Both the position numbers and the translations under genes were made by a program. A stretch of 64,000 nt of DNA from Hyphochytrium catenoides (lineage: Eukaryota > Protista > Hyphochytriomycota): NCBI GenBank assembly GCA_900088475.1, contig FLMG01002747.1:1313-65312 (forward strand), in the 5' to 3' direction. The notes under the pieces are model-generated. The model was not told the origin of the DNA and did no database searches. It saw only the letters and a list, made by a program, of their open reading frames with translations. Positions 62,648-64,000 of this stretch are shown piece by piece (within the stretch, counting starts at the first letter, position 1; each line of letters begins with the position of its first letter).

Positions 62648-63072
62648 AAACGGAAAGAGGGCATGAAAGAGTGCTGAATGGGACGTGGTGAAGAAAGAGG
62701 CCAGGATCGTATACGGACAGGTAGGAGAAAGAGAGAGAGAAGCATGCCAGAAGAGAGACCTTGCGTTTGTATATAAGGAGAGCGATGAAAAAGGAGACAG
62801 ACATTGATGGGGATAGAAGGGCGTGGGAAGCCAAAGAGGCAGCTCCTCTTACATGTCTTCTCCACCCTGACATTTTCAATCTTATAGCTACAGCGAGCCA
62901 AAGTGCCAAAGAGCCGCTTCACGCCCTCCTTCCCTCGGATGACCAGCGTGGGATGGATGAACAGCGTATCAGGAGCAAAGACTCTATCTATCGTCGCCTC
63001 TCCAACGGCAAGGTCCTTCGTAAGGATGGAGGAGACAATCCTCTGCCAGTCCTCTGAGAAAGGGTCTTCCAT
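62056..63072 (-). CDS. NTF2/SnoaL-like fold protein with hydrophobic C-terminal helix; exons 62853-63072, 62056-62492
   Basis: MEDP...IDRVFAPDTLFIHPTLVIRGKEGVKRLF ... WVIASQEDFY. Phase-1 GT-AG intron restores the frame (KT|FIDREK). Confidence 0.75.
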
Positions 63073-63461
63073 ACTGCCACAAAGAAAGAAGAGAGAGAAA
63101 AGCGAATGTGAGTCGAGGGAGGAGGGGAAAGAGAACTCTAGCTGACAGCAGAGAGATAGACAGAGAAGCGCGTTGCCGAGCAATGGAGCAACTGGATGAA
63201 ATAATGGTGCGAGAAGTAGAGACGGCAGGGAAAGAGAGTGAGAAGAAGCTTCAACCTTTCCAGTGTAGAGCTTACTGTCTTGCCGCGAACAAGTCAGCCT
63301 TAGCAAAAGGTAGAAATATACTACGAGGCTGCTCTTTAAGGAGAGTCTGATAGTCTGGTTCTCAAACGAACATCTATCTGCCGCTCCATGCCTTCGTTCC
63401 GTTTTGGAGGGGACGGGGGATAAACGGAGACTTCAAGTGAGACGAGAGAGAGGTATAGACG

Positions 63462-63503
<42 letters not shown>

Positions 63504-63829
63504 ATCGGAGCCAGAAACAGAGAGAAAGACGGAGGAGGGGAGAGAGGGCGTGGCGCAGGAGCCAGTGCTGCGATCTGTACAAAGATCTGAGGAGATCTTC
63601 AAAAGATATGAAAGAACAAGAAATTTCTTCCTCTCACGAAAGCTTCCCCGCTAGAAACATTTCAACCACCCCAAACATTATGACCTTTTGTTTACCATTC
63701 TGTTGCTATTTGTTTCATTTATTGCATCGCCCGTGAAAGAATAAAAGATCTTGCCCCTGATGGGAGGACAGGAGCAAACGCTGCTGTCAGGACGAGCAGG
63801 GGATCCAAGATTGAATACGCTTCTCATCA

Positions 63830-64000
63830 CCCTCTTTCTCTCTTCTGCTGCTGCGGCTGCGCGCTCGTGGTGCTTTTTCTCTTCTGCTGCTGCTGCGCGC
63901 TCGTGGGTGCATTCTCTTTCTCTCTTCTGCTGCTGCTGGGCGCTCGTGGTGCATTCTCTTTCTCTCTTCTGCGGCTGCTGTGCGCTCGTGGTGCATTCTC
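63830..64000. repeat. About 39-bp minisatellite, at least 4 copies, running off the window end
   Basis: tctctcttctgctgctgctgcgcgctcgtggtgcattctctt units. Confidence 0.9.

Noticed and set aside
63830-64000. Repeat array as CRISPR
   Set aside because: Units are contiguous with no unique spacers, there are no cas genes, and the context is eukaryotic.

Overview
Eukaryotic, intron-rich nuclear DNA with (CT)n/(GA)n-saturated introns and six N gaps. The source is probably a protist; stramenopile-like is my impression only. Most ORF-track entries are microsatellite artefacts, so genes were rebuilt by hand from splice sites and reading frame. Left arm: a 5'-truncated coiled-coil/TPR gene and membralin. 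An accessory island at about 13-30 kb holds four paralogous secreted trypsin-like S1 proteases, an intronless secreted protein with two Cys-patterned repeats between them, and decayed transposon remnants including a Copia-like LTR+PBS+gag/protease relic. A housekeeping block follows: PGM2, a class I glutamine amidotransferase, a NUDIX hydrolase, NEMF, EAPP, a Rib2/RibD-type deaminase and a possible SPIDR-like OB-fold gene. The right end has three tandem paralogues of an uncharacterised 6-TM protein (the third frameshifted and carrying an apparent extra intron), an NTF2-like gene and a minisatellite. Best candidates for undescribed biology are the protease cluster with its embedded Cys-repeat protein and the 6-TM array. 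No tRNA, rRNA or CRISPR array was recognised. All family calls are by motif recognition, not database search.
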